64,000 nt of DNA from an uncultured bacterium (GCA_965541615.1 CBEUCJ010000001.1:131754-195753); one strand, 5' to 3'. Shown: positions 29,855-41,346, counted from the stretch's first letter. A program made the numbers and translations. The notes: a model not told the origin generated them from the sequence alone.

Positions 29855-31632
29855 TACCCCAAGATTTTGTTCAGGAAGTTTTAGATAAAACAGATATTGT
29901 AGAACTAATATCTTCTTATATACCTTTAAAAAAGTCTGGATCAAATTTTAAATCGCTCTGTCCTTTCCATACTGAGAAAACGCCATCTTTTTTTGTGAGT
30001 CCTCAAAAACAACTTTTTCATTGTTTTGGTTGTGGAGTAGGAGGGAATGCTATTCATTTTTTAATGAAGTATGAAAATTTATCTTTTTATGAAGCTTTAA
30101 AGACTTTAGCTGAACGCGCAGGACTTAAAATGCCTAAAATTCAGGATTCACAGAAAACTTTAAAGACTTCTCTTTATGAGATAAATGAATTAACAGCCAA
30201 AGTCTACAATGCTTATTTAAAGAAAAAGGGAGAAAATGTTATTAAGTATTTAGCTTCCAGAGGTATAGATAAAGAACATATAGATAAATTTTTATTGGGA
30301 TTAGCTCCTAACAGTTGGGATTTTTTAATAAACTTTCTAAGAGAGAAAAATATTTCTTTATCTCTTATAGAAAAAGCAGGTTTAGTATCTCAGAGGGAAG
30401 ACGGTGGGTTTTATGACCTTTTTAGAAATAGATTAATGATTCCAATCTTTGATATAAAAGACAGAATAATTGGTTTTGGAGCAAGAAGGTTGAAAGAAGA
30501 TGCAAATATTCCTAAATACATAAATACTCCTCAAACAGAAATCTATAACAAAGGTAAGACTCTATTTGGATTAAATTTCTCAAAAGAATACATTCTCAGA
30601 GAGAAAAAAATATGTATTGTAGAAGGTTACTTTGATATGATAGTACCTTTTATTAAAGGTCTAAAAAATATAGTAGCTTGCTTGGGCACAGCTTTGACTT
30701 CTGATCAGGTTCAGCTTATCAAAAGGTATACTGATAAGGTGATAATGATTTATGATCAAGACGATGCAGGAAATTTGGCTACTTTAAGAGCTTTGGGTTT
30801 GTTTTTAGAAAAAGAAATAGATGTAAAGGTGTGTTGTTTACCTGAAGGTTTTGATCCAGATAGTTTTGTTAGAGAGCATGGAATAGAAAGATTTAAAACT
30901 TTAGTGAATGATTCTGTAGATTTTTTAGAATTCGTTTTAAAAATTTTATTTAAAAAGTTTGATCCTTCTCAAGTAAAAGGAAAGATTCAGATTATCAAGG
31001 AGTTATTACCTATATTAGAAAAGATAAAAAATCAAATCCTCCTTTCAGAATATATAAAGATCATATCTCAAAGGTTAAATGTAAAAGAAAACTCACTCTA
31101 TTTAGAACTCCAAAGGAAAAATAAGAATAAATCTCTCATATCTGAAGAGATATTTAAAAGTTATCAAAAATTTTTATCTGTAGAAAGAATGCTTTTAAAG
31201 ATTATTTTAGAATTTCCTGAGACTTTTAGTATAGTCAAAGAAAAATTAACTATACATGACTTTGAAGATTCAGCAGTAAAAAAGGTGTTAGAAAGTATCT
31301 GGGATTTAGATAAGATTCCTCAACTAAAAGAATTGAGTTCCATATTTTCAGGAGATGAACAAATAAACAATCTTTTAAGTGAAATCTCTTTTGCAGAAAT
31401 AGAAGAAAGCAAAGTTTCTCAGATATTAAGAGATTGTGTATTAAAGGTAAGTATAGATTCTAAAAAAAGATACTGTAGAATGTTGAAGGAAGAAATAGAA
31501 AAAGCTCAAAGAGAGGGCAATGAAAAATTAGCTTTAGAGCTGTTAAGAAAATATAATATTTTGAGGAAGGTGATCGAAAATGAGAAAAAAGAGATTACAA
31601 AAAGATGTAGAGAGAATTGTAGAGTTAAGTAA
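29851..31632 (+). CDS. dnaG: DNA primase
   Basis: CPFH.EKTPSF...CFGC zinc finger, [25 protein letters not shown] / D.D.AG. Confidence 0.97.
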   Translation: MIPQDFVQEVLDKTDIVELISSYIPLKKSGSNFKSLCPFHTEKTPSFFVSPQKQLFHCFGCGVGGNAIHFLMKYENLSFYEALKTLAERAGLKMPKIQDSQKTLKTSLYEINELTAKVYNAYLKKKGENVIKYLASRGIDKEHIDKFLLGLAPNSWDFLINFLREKNISLSLIEKAGLVSQREDGGFYDLFRNRLMIPIFDIKDRIIGFGARRLKEDANIPKYINTPQTEIYNKGKTLFGLNFSKEYILREKKICIVEGYFDMIVPFIKGLKNIVACLGTALTSDQVQLIKRYTDKVIMIYDQDDAGNLATLRALGLFLEKEIDVKVCCLPEGFDPDSFVREHGIERFKTLVNDSVDFLEFVLKILFKKFDPSQVKGKIQIIKELLPILEKIKNQILLSEYIKIISQRLNVKENSLYLELQRKNKNKSLISEEIFKSYQKFLSVERMLLKIILEFPETFSIVKEKLTIHDFEDSAVKKVLESIWDLDKIPQLKELSSIFSGDEQINNLLSEISFAEIEESKVSQILRDCVLKVSIDSKKRYCRMLKEEIEKAQREGNEKLALELLRKYNILRKVIENEKKEITKRCRENCRVK

Positions 31633-33112
31633 GAAGAAAGGTTACCTTACTTATGATGAGTTAAATCACTTTTTATCAGAAGATATCTACACCCCTCAAG
31701 AGATAGATTATGTTTTAGATCTTTTAGATCAAAGAAAGATAGCAGTAGTAGAATCTGAAGAGGCTTTACAATTTGAAAAGCCAGAGAGGACCTCTGCAGA
31801 TATTGAAGAAAAATACTTACCTTTAGATGATCCTGTAAAGATGTATTTAAAACAGATGGGAAAGATACCTTTGTTGAGTAGAGAAGAAGAAATAAGATTA
31901 GCTCAAAGGATAGAAGAAGAAGAAACCAAATACAGAGAAATAGTGCTAAGACTACCTCTTTCAAAAGAATATGTTATAAAATTAGCCAAAAGCATTCTAA
32001 AAGATGAAGTAAATGTTGATGAAGTTATAAAAGGAGAGATAAAGAGTAAGGAGAGAGAAAAAAGGAGAATAGCTAAATTATTGGAAAGATTAAAAAAAGA
32101 AAAAAAGGATACTTTAAAGTTGCTAATGGAGTTTAATTTAGTGATTTCAGTAATAAATGAGATAGTAAAAGAATTTGAGGAAAAGATTAAAATTTTAGAA
32201 AGAATAGAAAAAGAAATAAAATTATTTAAAAAAAGTAGAAGATATCAAATGGCTAAACACTTAAGTAGAGAAAAGAAAAAAATAGAAAGACTCTTGAGTG
32301 CAGATTTAGAAGGAGCAAAGAAGATCTTAGAAGAGATCAAAGAACGTCAGGACCATTTTAATCAAGCTAAAAAAGAATTAGTGGAAGCTAATTTGAGATT
32401 GGTAGTGAGTATTGCTAAAAAGTATGTGAACAGAGGTTTATCTTTTTTAGATTTAATTCAAGAAGGAAACATTGGTTTAATAAAAGCTGTAGAAAAATTT
32501 GAATATAAAAGAGGATACAAATTTTCTACATATGCTACTTGGTGGATAAGGCAAGCTATTACCAGAGCTATAGCTGATCACGCCAGAACCATCAGGATAC
32601 CTGTACATATGACAGAGACCATAAACAAAATAGCCAGGATTTCTAGACTTTTTATTCAAGAAAAAGGAAGAGAGCCTACTCCTGAAGAATTAGCCAAAGA
32701 ACTAAAGATGCCTACAGAAAAAATAAAAGAGATTTTAAAAGTAGCTCAACAACCTATCTCTTTGCAGACTCCAATTGGAGAAGAAGGAGAGACTCACTTT
32801 GGAGATTTTATAGAAGATAAAAAAGCAGTCTCTCCTGCAAATGCTACTATCTATTCTATGCTTAGAGAAGAGTTATGGACGGCTTTAAATACTTTGACTG
32901 AGAGAGAAAGAAAGATATTAATTTTAAGATTTGGTTTAGAGGATGGCCAGCCTAGGACTTTAGAAGAAGTAGGAAAAGTCTTTAATGTTACTAGAGAAAG
33001 AATAAGGCAGATAGAAGCAAAAGCCCTCAGGAAATTAAAGCATCCCACCAGGTCTAAGAAATTAAGAGTCTTTTTAGATATGACTTTTGCCCAAGAGAGA
33101 GGAGCTTATTAA
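31580..33112 (+). CDS. rpoD: Primary RNA polymerase sigma factor
   Basis: [57 protein letters not shown]. Confidence 0.98.
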   Translation: MRKKRLQKDVERIVELSKKKGYLTYDELNHFLSEDIYTPQEIDYVLDLLDQRKIAVVESEEALQFEKPERTSADIEEKYLPLDDPVKMYLKQMGKIPLLSREEEIRLAQRIEEEETKYREIVLRLPLSKEYVIKLAKSILKDEVNVDEVIKGEIKSKEREKRRIAKLLERLKKEKKDTLKLLMEFNLVISVINEIVKEFEEKIKILERIEKEIKLFKKSRRYQMAKHLSREKKKIERLLSADLEGAKKILEEIKERQDHFNQAKKELVEANLRLVVSIAKKYVNRGLSFLDLIQEGNIGLIKAVEKFEYKRGYKFSTYATWWIRQAITRAIADHARTIRIPVHMTETINKIARISRLFIQEKGREPTPEELAKELKMPTEKIKEILKVAQQPISLQTPIGEEGETHFGDFIEDKKAVSPANATIYSMLREELWTALNTLTERERKILILRFGLEDGQPRTLEEVGKVFNVTRERIRQIEAKALRKLKHPTRSKKLRVFLDMTFAQERGAY

Positions 33113-33115
33113 TTA

Positions 33116-34453
33116 ATGAGAGAGATTAAGATAGAGAACATCTTTACAGTTTCAGAATTAAATAATCTTGTTAAAAATATCATTAACAGAGAACTTCCAG
33201 AAGCAGTCTGGGTATGTGGAGAGATTCAGGATTTGAGAAAAAGGTTGGGTAAAAAACATGTGTATTTTAATTTATGTCAAAAACATCCAGAGGTAGATGA
33301 GATAATAGCAAAAGTTAAGTGTGTTATATTTGAGAACACACTCCCTTTTATTGAAAAAAGATTAAAACAACAAGATATCTATTTAACTTTAAAAAATGAT
33401 ATTGAAGTAAAACTATTATGCAAAATAGATTTTTATCCAAAATGGGGAGAATTTAGATTAATAATCATAGATATAGATCCTATTTATACTTTAGGAAAGT
33501 TAGCTCAAAATAGGCAAAGACTCTTACGTGAATTAGAAGAAAGAGGACTATTAAATAAAAATAAAAATTTACCTTTTCCTTTAGTCCCTTTAAAAATAGG
33601 TTTAGTTACTGCTTTTGATTCAGCTGCTTGGCATGATTTTCTATCTGAATTAAGAAGTTCTGGTTTTGGATTTAAGATTTATTTTTATGACGCTTATATG
33701 CAAGGAGAGTATACAGAATCTGACATTATAAAAGCATTAGAGATTTTTAATAAATTTAGTAAAGAAGAGTTAGATGTGATAGTTATAACTCGTGGAGGAG
33801 GTTCTACTGCAGATTTGAGTTGTTTTGATAATATAAAGATAGCTGAAAAAATAGCTAATTCTAAATTTCCTGTTTTAACTGCTTTAGGGCATCAGATAAA
33901 TAATACGATTATAGATTTTGTCTCATACACTTCTTTAAAGACACCCACAGCTATAGCTCAGTTTTTAGTTTTGAAAGTAAAAGAATTTTTAGATAACTTA
34001 AATTTTTTATGGGAAGAGGTTTTAAAGATATCTCAACAAAATTTATCTAATGCAAAAAATCAGCTTCTAAATTATCTTTTTAATTTTGAAAGAAATTTGA
34101 ATTCTTATTTTTCACAAAGTAAAAATGATATTTTAGAAAAAGAGGTTTTGTTTAAACATAAATTGATTGATTTTTTTAAGAATAAGAAAGATTCTCTAAA
34201 GGAGACTTTGGAAGACTTAAAAGAAGGTTATGAAAATATTTTTAAAAATAAAAGAGTGTTTTTAGAAAATGCAGAGGAAAAAATAAAATTATCAGATCCT
34301 AAAAAGATTTTGAAAAGAGGATTTAGTATAACTAGAATAGGGAAAAGAGTTTTAAAAGATACAAAGCTTTTGAAAAATGGAGAAAAGGTAAAGACTTTTC
34401 TTTACAAGGGTAGTTTTGAGAGTATAATCTCAAATATTATAGATGAAGTATAA
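33116..34453 (+). CDS. xseA: Exodeoxyribonuclease VII large subunit
   Basis: TVSELN, WV.GEI, RGGGS..DL, GH, TPTA, LKRGF. Confidence 0.93.
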   Translation: MREIKIENIFTVSELNNLVKNIINRELPEAVWVCGEIQDLRKRLGKKHVYFNLCQKHPEVDEIIAKVKCVIFENTLPFIEKRLKQQDIYLTLKNDIEVKLLCKIDFYPKWGEFRLIIIDIDPIYTLGKLAQNRQRLLRELEERGLLNKNKNLPFPLVPLKIGLVTAFDSAAWHDFLSELRSSGFGFKIYFYDAYMQGEYTESDIIKALEIFNKFSKEELDVIVITRGGGSTADLSCFDNIKIAEKIANSKFPVLTALGHQINNTIIDFVSYTSLKTPTAIAQFLVLKVKEFLDNLNFLWEEVLKISQQNLSNAKNQLLNYLFNFERNLNSYFSQSKNDILEKEVLFKHKLIDFFKNKKDSLKETLEDLKEGYENIFKNKRVFLENAEEKIKLSDPKKILKRGFSITRIGKRVLKDTKLLKNGEKVKTFLYKGSFESIISNIIDEV

Positions 34454-34649
34454 ACAGGCTTTCCAAGAATTAAATAAAATTTTAAAAGATTTGCAGTCAG
34501 AAGATATCGATGTAGATGAACTCACAGATAAAGTAAAGAGGGCTTTAGAATTAATTAAAATTTGCAAAGAAAAGATAGAGAAGACAGAATTAGAGGTAAA
34601 AAAAATTATTGAAGAGTTTCAAAGATCTTCTTTAGAAAAGGAGGTGTAA
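34443..34649 (+). CDS. xseB: Exodeoxyribonuclease VII small subunit
   Basis: Short helical protein (A..EL..I...L...DIDVD...C..K) directly after xseA. Confidence 0.9.
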   Translation: MKYKQAFQELNKILKDLQSEDIDVDELTDKVKRALELIKICKEKIEKTELEVKKIIEEFQRSSLEKEV

Positions 34650-34650
34650 G

Positions 34651-34836
34651 ATTTTAGTAGGTTTACTCTTAATAATAGCAGGTATATTGATAGCTATATA
34701 CCCTGAACTTCTTTCTTTGATCGTTGCTTCATTTTTAATTTTTTTAGGTTTACTTATAGTTTTAATAAGTTATTACTATAAAAAGGAAGCAAAGAGATTT
34801 GAAAATCCTTTCATAGATTTCTTCTTTAGATTTTAA
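34651..34836 (+). CDS. Small two-TM membrane protein (DUF3096-like), apparent ATT start; absent from ORF track
   Basis: SD AAGGAGGT 5 nt before ATT; 61 codons ILVGLLLIIAGILIAIYPELLSLIVASFLIFLGLLIVLISYYYKKEAKRFENPFIDFFFRF*; in-frame stop at 34633. Confidence 0.7.
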   Translation: MLVGLLLIIAGILIAIYPELLSLIVASFLIFLGLLIVLISYYYKKEAKRFENPFIDFFFRF

Positions 34837-34855
34837 TACCCCCCCTTCTTTCTTA

Positions 34856-34884
34856 TTGACATCTCAAAGGAAGCGTGTTAATTT
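34856..34884 (+). promoter_or_regulatory. Sigma70-type promoter upstream of proC
   Basis: TTGACA-17 nt-TAATTT with TGn; the TTG start in the ORF track is the -35 box. Confidence 0.55.
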
Positions 34885-34909
34885 AAAATCCTCAAAAACT
34901 AAAGATATT

Positions 34910-35737
34910 ATGGAGAAGAAGATAAAAATAGGTATTATTGGTTTAGGGAATATGGGTACAGCTATATTGAGAGGTTTGGTAAAGAAGTTAAATAGAGCTA
35001 ATTTATTTGGATATGATAAAGATAGAGAGAAAAATAAGATAATAAAGAAAAATTTAAAGATAAACATTTGTGAAAGTATAGAAGATTTAGTCAAAAAAAG
35101 TAAAGTTACGTTTCTCTGTGTAAAACCCCAAGATTTGAAAGAAGTTTTGAAAGAATTAGAAAAAACATTATCTTCAATAAAGGAGAAAAAAATATTTATA
35201 AGTATAGCTGCAGGCATACCTTTAAAATTTTTAGAGAAGTATTTAAAAAATAATCCTGTAATAAGAGTAATGCCTAATTTAGGAGCTAAAGTCTTTGAAT
35301 CTTTGAATGCTTATAGTTGTGGGAAATTTACAAAAGAAGATGATGAAAAGATAGGTGTTAGGCTTCTAAATAGTTTTGGTGTTTCTATTAAAGTTAAAGA
35401 GTCTTTTTTAGATAAAATTACTGCTTTAAGTGGGTCAGGATTAGCTTATTTTTTTTATTTTTTTGAAGCTTTAGAAGAGAGTGCAAAAAAATTAGGGTTT
35501 TCTGAGTCAGATTCTAAGTTTTTAGTTTATCAAACGATGAAGGCTTCTTTGAAATTATTAGAATCAGAGAATTTAAATGCTCAGAGTTTAAGGAAGAAAG
35601 TAACTTCTAAAAAAGGAACTACTGAAAGAGCTATAAAAATATTTAAAGAGAATAAATTTAAAGAGATAGTCTACAAAGCTGTAAGGCAAGCTCAAAAAAG
35701 AGCAAAGGAGCTAAGTAAGGAGGTTTTAAATGCCTAA
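34910..35737 (+). CDS. proC: Pyrroline-5-carboxylate reductase
   Basis: IGLGNMG, VKPQ, SIAAG, RVMPN, SGSG, VTS..GTT. Confidence 0.95.
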   Translation: MEKKIKIGIIGLGNMGTAILRGLVKKLNRANLFGYDKDREKNKIIKKNLKINICESIEDLVKKSKVTFLCVKPQDLKEVLKELEKTLSSIKEKKIFISIAAGIPLKFLEKYLKNNPVIRVMPNLGAKVFESLNAYSCGKFTKEDDEKIGVRLLNSFGVSIKVKESFLDKITALSGSGLAYFFYFFEALEESAKKLGFSESDSKFLVYQTMKASLKLLESENLNAQSLRKKVTSKKGTTERAIKIFKENKFKEIVYKAVRQAQKRAKELSKEVLNA

Positions 35738-36590
35738 GATAGGAATAATTGGAGGTAGTGGCCTTTATGAGTTAGAAGGTTTAAAAGTTAAAAAGAAAGT
35801 AAAGATTAAAACTCCTTTTGGAAAACCTTCCTCAGAAATAGTTATTGGAGAATTTGAGAACAAAGAAATAGCTTTTTTAGCAAGACATGGTAAAGCTCAT
35901 ACTATTCCTCCAACTAGCATAAATTACAGAGCGAATATTTTTGCTTTAAAAGTTTTAGGAGTAGAAAGGATAATTTCAGTTTCAGCTTGTGGTTCTTTTA
36001 AAGAAGAATTAAAACCCAAAGATTTTGTTATTCCTTTACAATTTTTTGATAGGACAAATCAATGTAGAAAAATGAGCTTTTTTGTTGAGGAAGGTATTGT
36101 AGCACATGTTGGTTTTTCAGAACCTATCTGTAAAGATTTAGCTCAACTAATTTATAAAGCTTGTCAACAGGTTCAAGTTAACGTTCATTTTGGAGGTGTA
36201 TATGTGAATATGGAAGGTCCTCAATTTTCTACTTTAGCTGAGAGTTTATTCTATAAATCTCAGGGATTTGATATTATAGGAATGACAAATTTAGCTGAAA
36301 GTAAATTAGCTAGAGAAGCTGAAATCTGTTATGCAAGTTTGTGTGCAGTTACAGATTATGATTGTTGGCATCCTTCTCATGAGACTGTTACTGCTCAAAT
36401 GGTAATAGAAAATCTAATGACTAATGTAGAGAATGCTAAGAAAATATTAAAAATTTTGATTCCTCTTATTCCTGAAGAAAGAAATTGTAAATGTAAATCA
36501 GCTTTAAAAGATGCAATAGTTACCCCTTTAAAAGAGGTACCTAACAAATTAAAGAAAAAATTAAAACCTATAATTGGTAAATATCTATGA
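35730..36590 (+). CDS. mtnP: S-methyl-5'-thioadenosine phosphorylase
   Basis: IGGSG, TPFG.PS, RHG, NYRANI, EGPQFST.AES, GMT, TDYDCW. Confidence 0.93.
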   Translation: MPKIGIIGGSGLYELEGLKVKKKVKIKTPFGKPSSEIVIGEFENKEIAFLARHGKAHTIPPTSINYRANIFALKVLGVERIISVSACGSFKEELKPKDFVIPLQFFDRTNQCRKMSFFVEEGIVAHVGFSEPICKDLAQLIYKACQQVQVNVHFGGVYVNMEGPQFSTLAESLFYKSQGFDIIGMTNLAESKLAREAEICYASLCAVTDYDCWHPSHETVTAQMVIENLMTNVENAKKILKILIPLIPEERNCKCKSALKDAIVTPLKEVPNKLKKKLKPIIGKYL

Positions 36591-39358
36591 GAGACTATAA
36601 GAATACATTAAATCTTCCTCAGACAGATTTTAGTATGAGAGCTAATTTAAAGGAAAAAGAATTAAAGATCCTTTCTTTTTGGAAAGAGACTGATATTTAT
36701 AAAAAGATGTTAGAAAAAGGAGATTTGAATAAGATATTTATACTCCATGATGGTCCCCCTTATAGTAATGCTTCTATTCATATAGGCCACGCTCTAAATA
36801 AAATATTAAAAGACATAATAATAAAATACAAATCTTTTTTAGGTTATAGAGTGCCTTTTATATGTGGATGGGATTGTCATGGGCTCCCTGTAGAACTCCA
36901 ACTGATGAAAGAGTTAAATATTACTAGTAAAGAGCAAATAGATGTTTTAGATTTTAGGAAGAAAGCTACAGATTTTGCTTTAAAATTTGCTCAGATTCAA
37001 AAAGAAGAATTTGAAAGGTTAGGAGTATTTTCAGATTGGAGCACATCTTATTACACATTATCTCCTAAATATGAAGCTGAAGTAATAAGGTTATTTGCGG
37101 AGTTAGTAGAGAAAGGATTTATATATAGAGGTTTAAAACCTGTTAACTGGTGTAAACATTGTCAGACTGCCTTAGCTGAAGCTGAAGTAGAGTATAAAAA
37201 TAAGACTTCCCCTTCAATTTATGTTCTTTTTGAGGTTAAAGATCAAAAAACTTTTCCTCAAAATACTTATTTTTTGGTATGGACTACGACTCCTTGGACT
37301 TTAGTATCAAATACTGCTTTAGCTGTTAATCCTACAGCTGAATATGTATTAATCTCTTTAGAAAATAAATACATAATTATTTTGAAAGATTTAAAAGAAA
37401 AGATTTTAGAAAAGGTTAAGATAAAAAATTGTAAAGTGTTAAAAGAATTCAAAGGAAAAGATTTAGAAGGAATATTAACTCAACATCCTTTTATCGATAG
37501 AATTTCACCTGTAGTCTTAGGAGATTTTGTTTCTAAAGAAGAAGGAACAGGTATTGTACACATAGCTCCAGGTTTTGGTCAAGAAGATTTTGAGTTAGGT
37601 TTAAAATATAATTTAGATATACTTGTGCCTGTAGATGAGAAAGGAAGATTTAAAGAAGAAGATTTTGTTCCTCAAGATTTAAGAAATAAAGATGTTCATA
37701 CTGCTGACAATCTTATAATTGAGATTTTAAAGCAAAAAGATAAGTTATTTATTTCAGAGAACATTACGCATTCTTATCCTCATTGCTGGAGATGTAAAAA
37801 ACCTTTAATATTTAGGGCTACAGAACAGACTTTTTTGAATATAGAAAAGAATAATTTAAGAAAGAATTTATTAAAAGAGATTGAAAAGATAAGATGGATA
37901 CCTCCTCAAGGAAAGGAAAGAATATATGCTATGGTTTCTGAAAGACCTGATTGGTGTCTATCAAGACAGAGAATTTGGGGTTTAGGGATACCTGCTTTTA
38001 TATGTAAAGATTGCAATTTTTATATTTTGGATAAAGATTTAATCTTAAAGATAGCAGATTTAATAGAAAAAGAAGGAAGTAATATTTGGTTTGAAAAACC
38101 TGTTTCTTTTTTCTTGGGATCTCATTATAAATGTCCAAGATGCAAAAGCAAAAATTTAAAGAAGGGAACAGATGTCTTAGATGTTTGGTTTGAATCAGGA
38201 GCGAGTTTTAGAGCAGTTTTAATGAAAAGAGAAGAATTAAAATTTCCAGCAGATATTTATTTAGAAGGTTCAGACCAACATAGAGGATGGTTTCAGGTTT
38301 CATTGATTTTGAGTTATGCTACTCAGAATAAAGCTCCTTTTAGAGATGTTCTTACTCATGGATTCGTAGTAGATGAAAAGGGAAGAAAGATGTCAAAATC
38401 TTTAGGAAATGTAATTAAACCACAAGATATATGGACAAAATATGGAGCTGAAATTTTAAGATTATGGGCGTGTTCAGCTAATTACCATTTAGATATAAAG
38501 ATTTCATCAGATATTATTTTGAGGATAGTAGATTTCTATAGAAAAGTAAGAAATACTTTTAGGTTTTTATTAGGAAATTTATATGATTTTTCTCCAACCA
38601 AAGATATGATAGATTTTAGTAATTTATTATATTTGGACAAAATTTTCCTTTCTAAGCTCTCTGAACTCACTTTAAAAATAAAAAAATTTTATGAAGAGTA
38701 CGCTTTTTATAAGATTTATCAAAATGTTTACAATTATTGTGTAAATATTTTGAGTGCAATTTATTTTGATATTTTAAAAGAGAGATTGTACACTCATCCT
38801 AAAAAATCAAATTCTAGATTGTCTTGTCAGACAGTACTTTTTTATATTTTAAGAACATTAGTAAGGATTTTAGCTCCTATAATGAGTTTTACTTGTGAAG
38901 AAGTTTGGCAGCATATGAGAAAAATGGGTTTTGAAGAAAAAGAATCTGTTTTTTTAAGCAATTGGCCTAAAGAAGTAGAGGATTTTTTAGATAAGAGTTT
39001 ATTAAAAGATTTAGAAAGACTTCTTCTTTTAAGGGATAAAGTAAACAAAGCTTTAGAAATAAAAAGACAGGAAGGTTTAATAAGAGCTTCTTTGGAAGCA
39101 GAGTTAGATATTTATCTTTCAAAAGAAGAATTAGATTTCTTTAAAGGATTAGATATTGACTGGAGAGAATTTTTTATCGTTTCAAAAGTAAATTTTTCAG
39201 AGGGAAAAGAAAGAATAATAGTTGAGAAAGCTAAAGGTCAGAAATGTCAAAGGTGTTGGTGTATAGATGAGAGTGTAGGTGCAGATACTGAATTTCCAGA
39301 TCTATGCAGAAGATGTATTAAATTTTTAAAGGAGGCTAATTATGGGAAGAAGACCTAA
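36587..39358 (+). CDS. ileS: Isoleucine--tRNA ligase (type 1)
   Basis: HDGPPY..HIGH, GWDCHGLP, WTTTPWT, EGSDQHRGWF, KMSKS, C-terminal CQRCW...CRRC. Confidence 0.98.
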   Translation: MRDYKNTLNLPQTDFSMRANLKEKELKILSFWKETDIYKKMLEKGDLNKIFILHDGPPYSNASIHIGHALNKILKDIIIKYKSFLGYRVPFICGWDCHGLPVELQLMKELNITSKEQIDVLDFRKKATDFALKFAQIQKEEFERLGVFSDWSTSYYTLSPKYEAEVIRLFAELVEKGFIYRGLKPVNWCKHCQTALAEAEVEYKNKTSPSIYVLFEVKDQKTFPQNTYFLVWTTTPWTLVSNTALAVNPTAEYVLISLENKYIIILKDLKEKILEKVKIKNCKVLKEFKGKDLEGILTQHPFIDRISPVVLGDFVSKEEGTGIVHIAPGFGQEDFELGLKYNLDILVPVDEKGRFKEEDFVPQDLRNKDVHTADNLIIEILKQKDKLFISENITHSYPHCWRCKKPLIFRATEQTFLNIEKNNLRKNLLKEIEKIRWIPPQGKERIYAMVSERPDWCLSRQRIWGLGIPAFICKDCNFYILDKDLILKIADLIEKEGSNIWFEKPVSFFLGSHYKCPRCKSKNLKKGTDVLDVWFESGASFRAVLMKREELKFPADIYLEGSDQHRGWFQVSLILSYATQNKAPFRDVLTHGFVVDEKGRKMSKSLGNVIKPQDIWTKYGAEILRLWACSANYHLDIKISSDIILRIVDFYRKVRNTFRFLLGNLYDFSPTKDMIDFSNLLYLDKIFLSKLSELTLKIKKFYEEYAFYKIYQNVYNYCVNILSAIYFDILKERLYTHPKKSNSRLSCQTVLFYILRTLVRILAPIMSFTCEEVWQHMRKMGFEEKESVFLSNWPKEVEDFLDKSLLKDLERLLLLRDKVNKALEIKRQEGLIRASLEAELDIYLSKEELDFFKGLDIDWREFFIVSKVNFSEGKERIIVEKAKGQKCQRCWCIDESVGADTEFPDLCRRCIKFLKEANYGKKT

Positions 39359-39740
39359 AAAGCTTACAAAGAAAGAATTGAAAGAATTTAAAAAGATACT
39401 TTTAAATATGAGAGATAACATACTTTCTGAGATTGAACATATCTCTAAAAATACTCGAGAAACTCAAAAAGAATCTGCAGGAGATCTATCAGCTTACACT
39501 CTTCACATAGCAGATGTAGCTTCAGATAACTTTCAAAGAGAGTTGAGTTTAGAATTAGCTTCCAATGAGAGAGAGCTTTTATTTCAAATAAAAGAAGCTT
39601 TAGAAAGAATAGAGCAAGGCACATACGGAATCTGTGTTATGTGTAAAAAACCCATTCCTAAGACTAGATTGAAAGCAATCCCTTACACTCAGCTTTGCAA
39701 GAAATGTCAGGAAAAGCGTGAGAAAGAATCTGGTTTTTGA
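39342..39740 (+). CDS. DksA/TraR C4-type zinc finger protein
   Basis: Coiled coil with HIADVASD, ALERI..GTYGIC..C..PIP..RL.AIP....C..C. Confidence 0.9.
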   Translation: MGRRPKKLTKKELKEFKKILLNMRDNILSEIEHISKNTRETQKESAGDLSAYTLHIADVASDNFQRELSLELASNERELLFQIKEALERIEQGTYGICVMCKKPIPKTRLKAIPYTQLCKKCQEKREKESGF

Positions 39741-40173
39741 TATTTTTTTCTTTTTTTCATTATTTTTCTTAGATAGATTAACTAAATACCTTTCTCTTAA
39801 ATTCTTAGAACAAAGGACAAAAGATTTAGGAGTATTTACTTTAAGATTAGTTAGAAATACAGGAGGAGTTTTTGGTATAGGAAAAGGTTTATCTTCTTTA
39901 TGGATAATAATTTCAATAATTATTTTCTTTGTATTTTTGTATTGGTATTTTAGAGAGATAAATTTTCTTTCTAAAGTACACAGGTTAGGATACATTTTTA
40001 TTTTGGAAGGAGCTTTTTCTAATATTTTAGACAGATTTTTTTATGGTTATGTTATAGATTTTATAGATTTTAAAGTTTGGCCAGTCTTTAACCTTTCAGA
40101 TACATTTATAACTTTAGGTATACTAATATTCATATTCAGATTTTGGAGTGAGAGAGGAAATAAAAATAGATAA
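39718..40173 (+). CDS. lspA: Lipoprotein signal peptidase II
   Basis: D..TK, NTG..FG, N..DR, VIDFID, PVFNLSD. Confidence 0.92.
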   Translation: MRKNLVFDIFFFFSLFFLDRLTKYLSLKFLEQRTKDLGVFTLRLVRNTGGVFGIGKGLSSLWIIISIIIFFVFLYWYFREINFLSKVHRLGYIFILEGAFSNILDRFFYGYVIDFIDFKVWPVFNLSDTFITLGILIFIFRFWSERGNKNR

Positions 40174-41038
40174 AGACGCACTAGGTAAAAGGTTAGATGT
40201 TTTTTTATCTCAATATTTAGAAAAAAAATTTTCCCGTTCTCAAATTCAGGAATTAATTAAAAAAGGAAATATAAAAGTCAATCAAAATCTGGTAAAGCCT
40301 TCTTATAAAGTCAAAGAGAATGATTTAATAACTTTAGAATATGAAGAAAAAAATATCTCCTTAAAACCTTATCCTTTCAAAATAAAAATTTTGTATGAAG
40401 ATGATTGGCTCTTAGTTGTAGATAAACCAGCAGGTATATTGGTTCATCCAACTTCTAAAGAGAAAGAAAGAACTTTAGTAAATGCACTCTTATATTTATC
40501 AAAAAAACTATCAAAAGTTAATCCTGAGAGACCAGGTATTGTACATAGGTTAGATAAAGATACTTCAGGTCTATTATTAGTTGCAAAAGAAGATTTTGTA
40601 CATTTTAAATTAAGAGAAATGTTTTCTAAACACTTAATAGAAAGAGAATATATAGCTTTAGTGGAAGGAATCTTAAAGATAAAAGAAGCAAAAATATCTT
40701 TACCTTTAGCTCATTCTAAAAATAATTTTACTCATATTAAAGTTTCATTTTTAGGTGCAAAGAAAGCTGTAACTTTTTATAAAATTTTAAAAGAGTTTAA
40801 AAAAGCAAGTTTAGTTTTAGCAAAACCTTTGACAGGTAGAACCCATCAAATTAGAGTCCATTTTAAATTTTTAGGACACCCTATAATTGGAGATAAAAAA
40901 TATTCAAATACTCATTTTGAAAGGATGTGTTTACACGCATATAGTTTAAAGTTTGTTCATCCTGTAACTAAAAAAGAGATGTTTTTTAAAGTAACTTTAC
41001 CTAAAGATTTTAGAGAAGTGCTTCTAAAATTTATTTAG
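40148..41038 (+). CDS. rluD: RluA/RluD-family pseudouridine synthase with S4 domain
   Basis: RLD.FL..SRS S4 domain, KPAG..VHP, HRLDKDTSG, TGRTHQIRVH, LHA. Confidence 0.9.
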   Translation: MREEIKIDKDALGKRLDVFLSQYLEKKFSRSQIQELIKKGNIKVNQNLVKPSYKVKENDLITLEYEEKNISLKPYPFKIKILYEDDWLLVVDKPAGILVHPTSKEKERTLVNALLYLSKKLSKVNPERPGIVHRLDKDTSGLLLVAKEDFVHFKLREMFSKHLIEREYIALVEGILKIKEAKISLPLAHSKNNFTHIKVSFLGAKKAVTFYKILKEFKKASLVLAKPLTGRTHQIRVHFKFLGHPIIGDKKYSNTHFERMCLHAYSLKFVHPVTKKEMFFKVTLPKDFREVLLKFI

Positions 41039-41064
41039 TATGTTAAAATTAGTCTCTTATAAAA

Positions 41065-41346
41065 ATGAGAAAGTCAGTTATTCTGACTAAGAAAGAAGAT
41101 AAAAAAGATGACCACTTCAAAATTATTCATGTAGATAAAGAATTTGATTTTGTGATAATAAATGCAGGGAAATTAGATAATATGAAAGAGGGAAGAATCT
41201 TAGAAATTTTAGATAGAAATTTTAAAAGTTTGGGAAAGATAAAAATAGAATACGTTTATGATAAAGTATCAGCTTGCAAGTTTTTGCCAGGTGTAAAGAA
41301 GAATTTAGTGTTAGAGACTTTAGAGGTAAGACCTGTAAATGAATGA
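41065..41346 (+). CDS. Hypothetical protein (small beta-barrel-like)
   Basis: 93-aa ORF overlapping the aroA start; FVIINAG...EG..L.I pattern. Confidence 0.55.
   Translation: MRKSVILTKKEDKKDDHFKIIHVDKEFDFVIINAGKLDNMKEGRILEILDRNFKSLGKIKIEYVYDKVSACKFLPGVKKNLVLETLEVRPVNE

Noticed and set aside
34839-34845. C7 homopolymer upstream of the proC -35 box as a phase-variable tract
   Set aside because: Short, outside the promoter spacer, and in front of housekeeping genes
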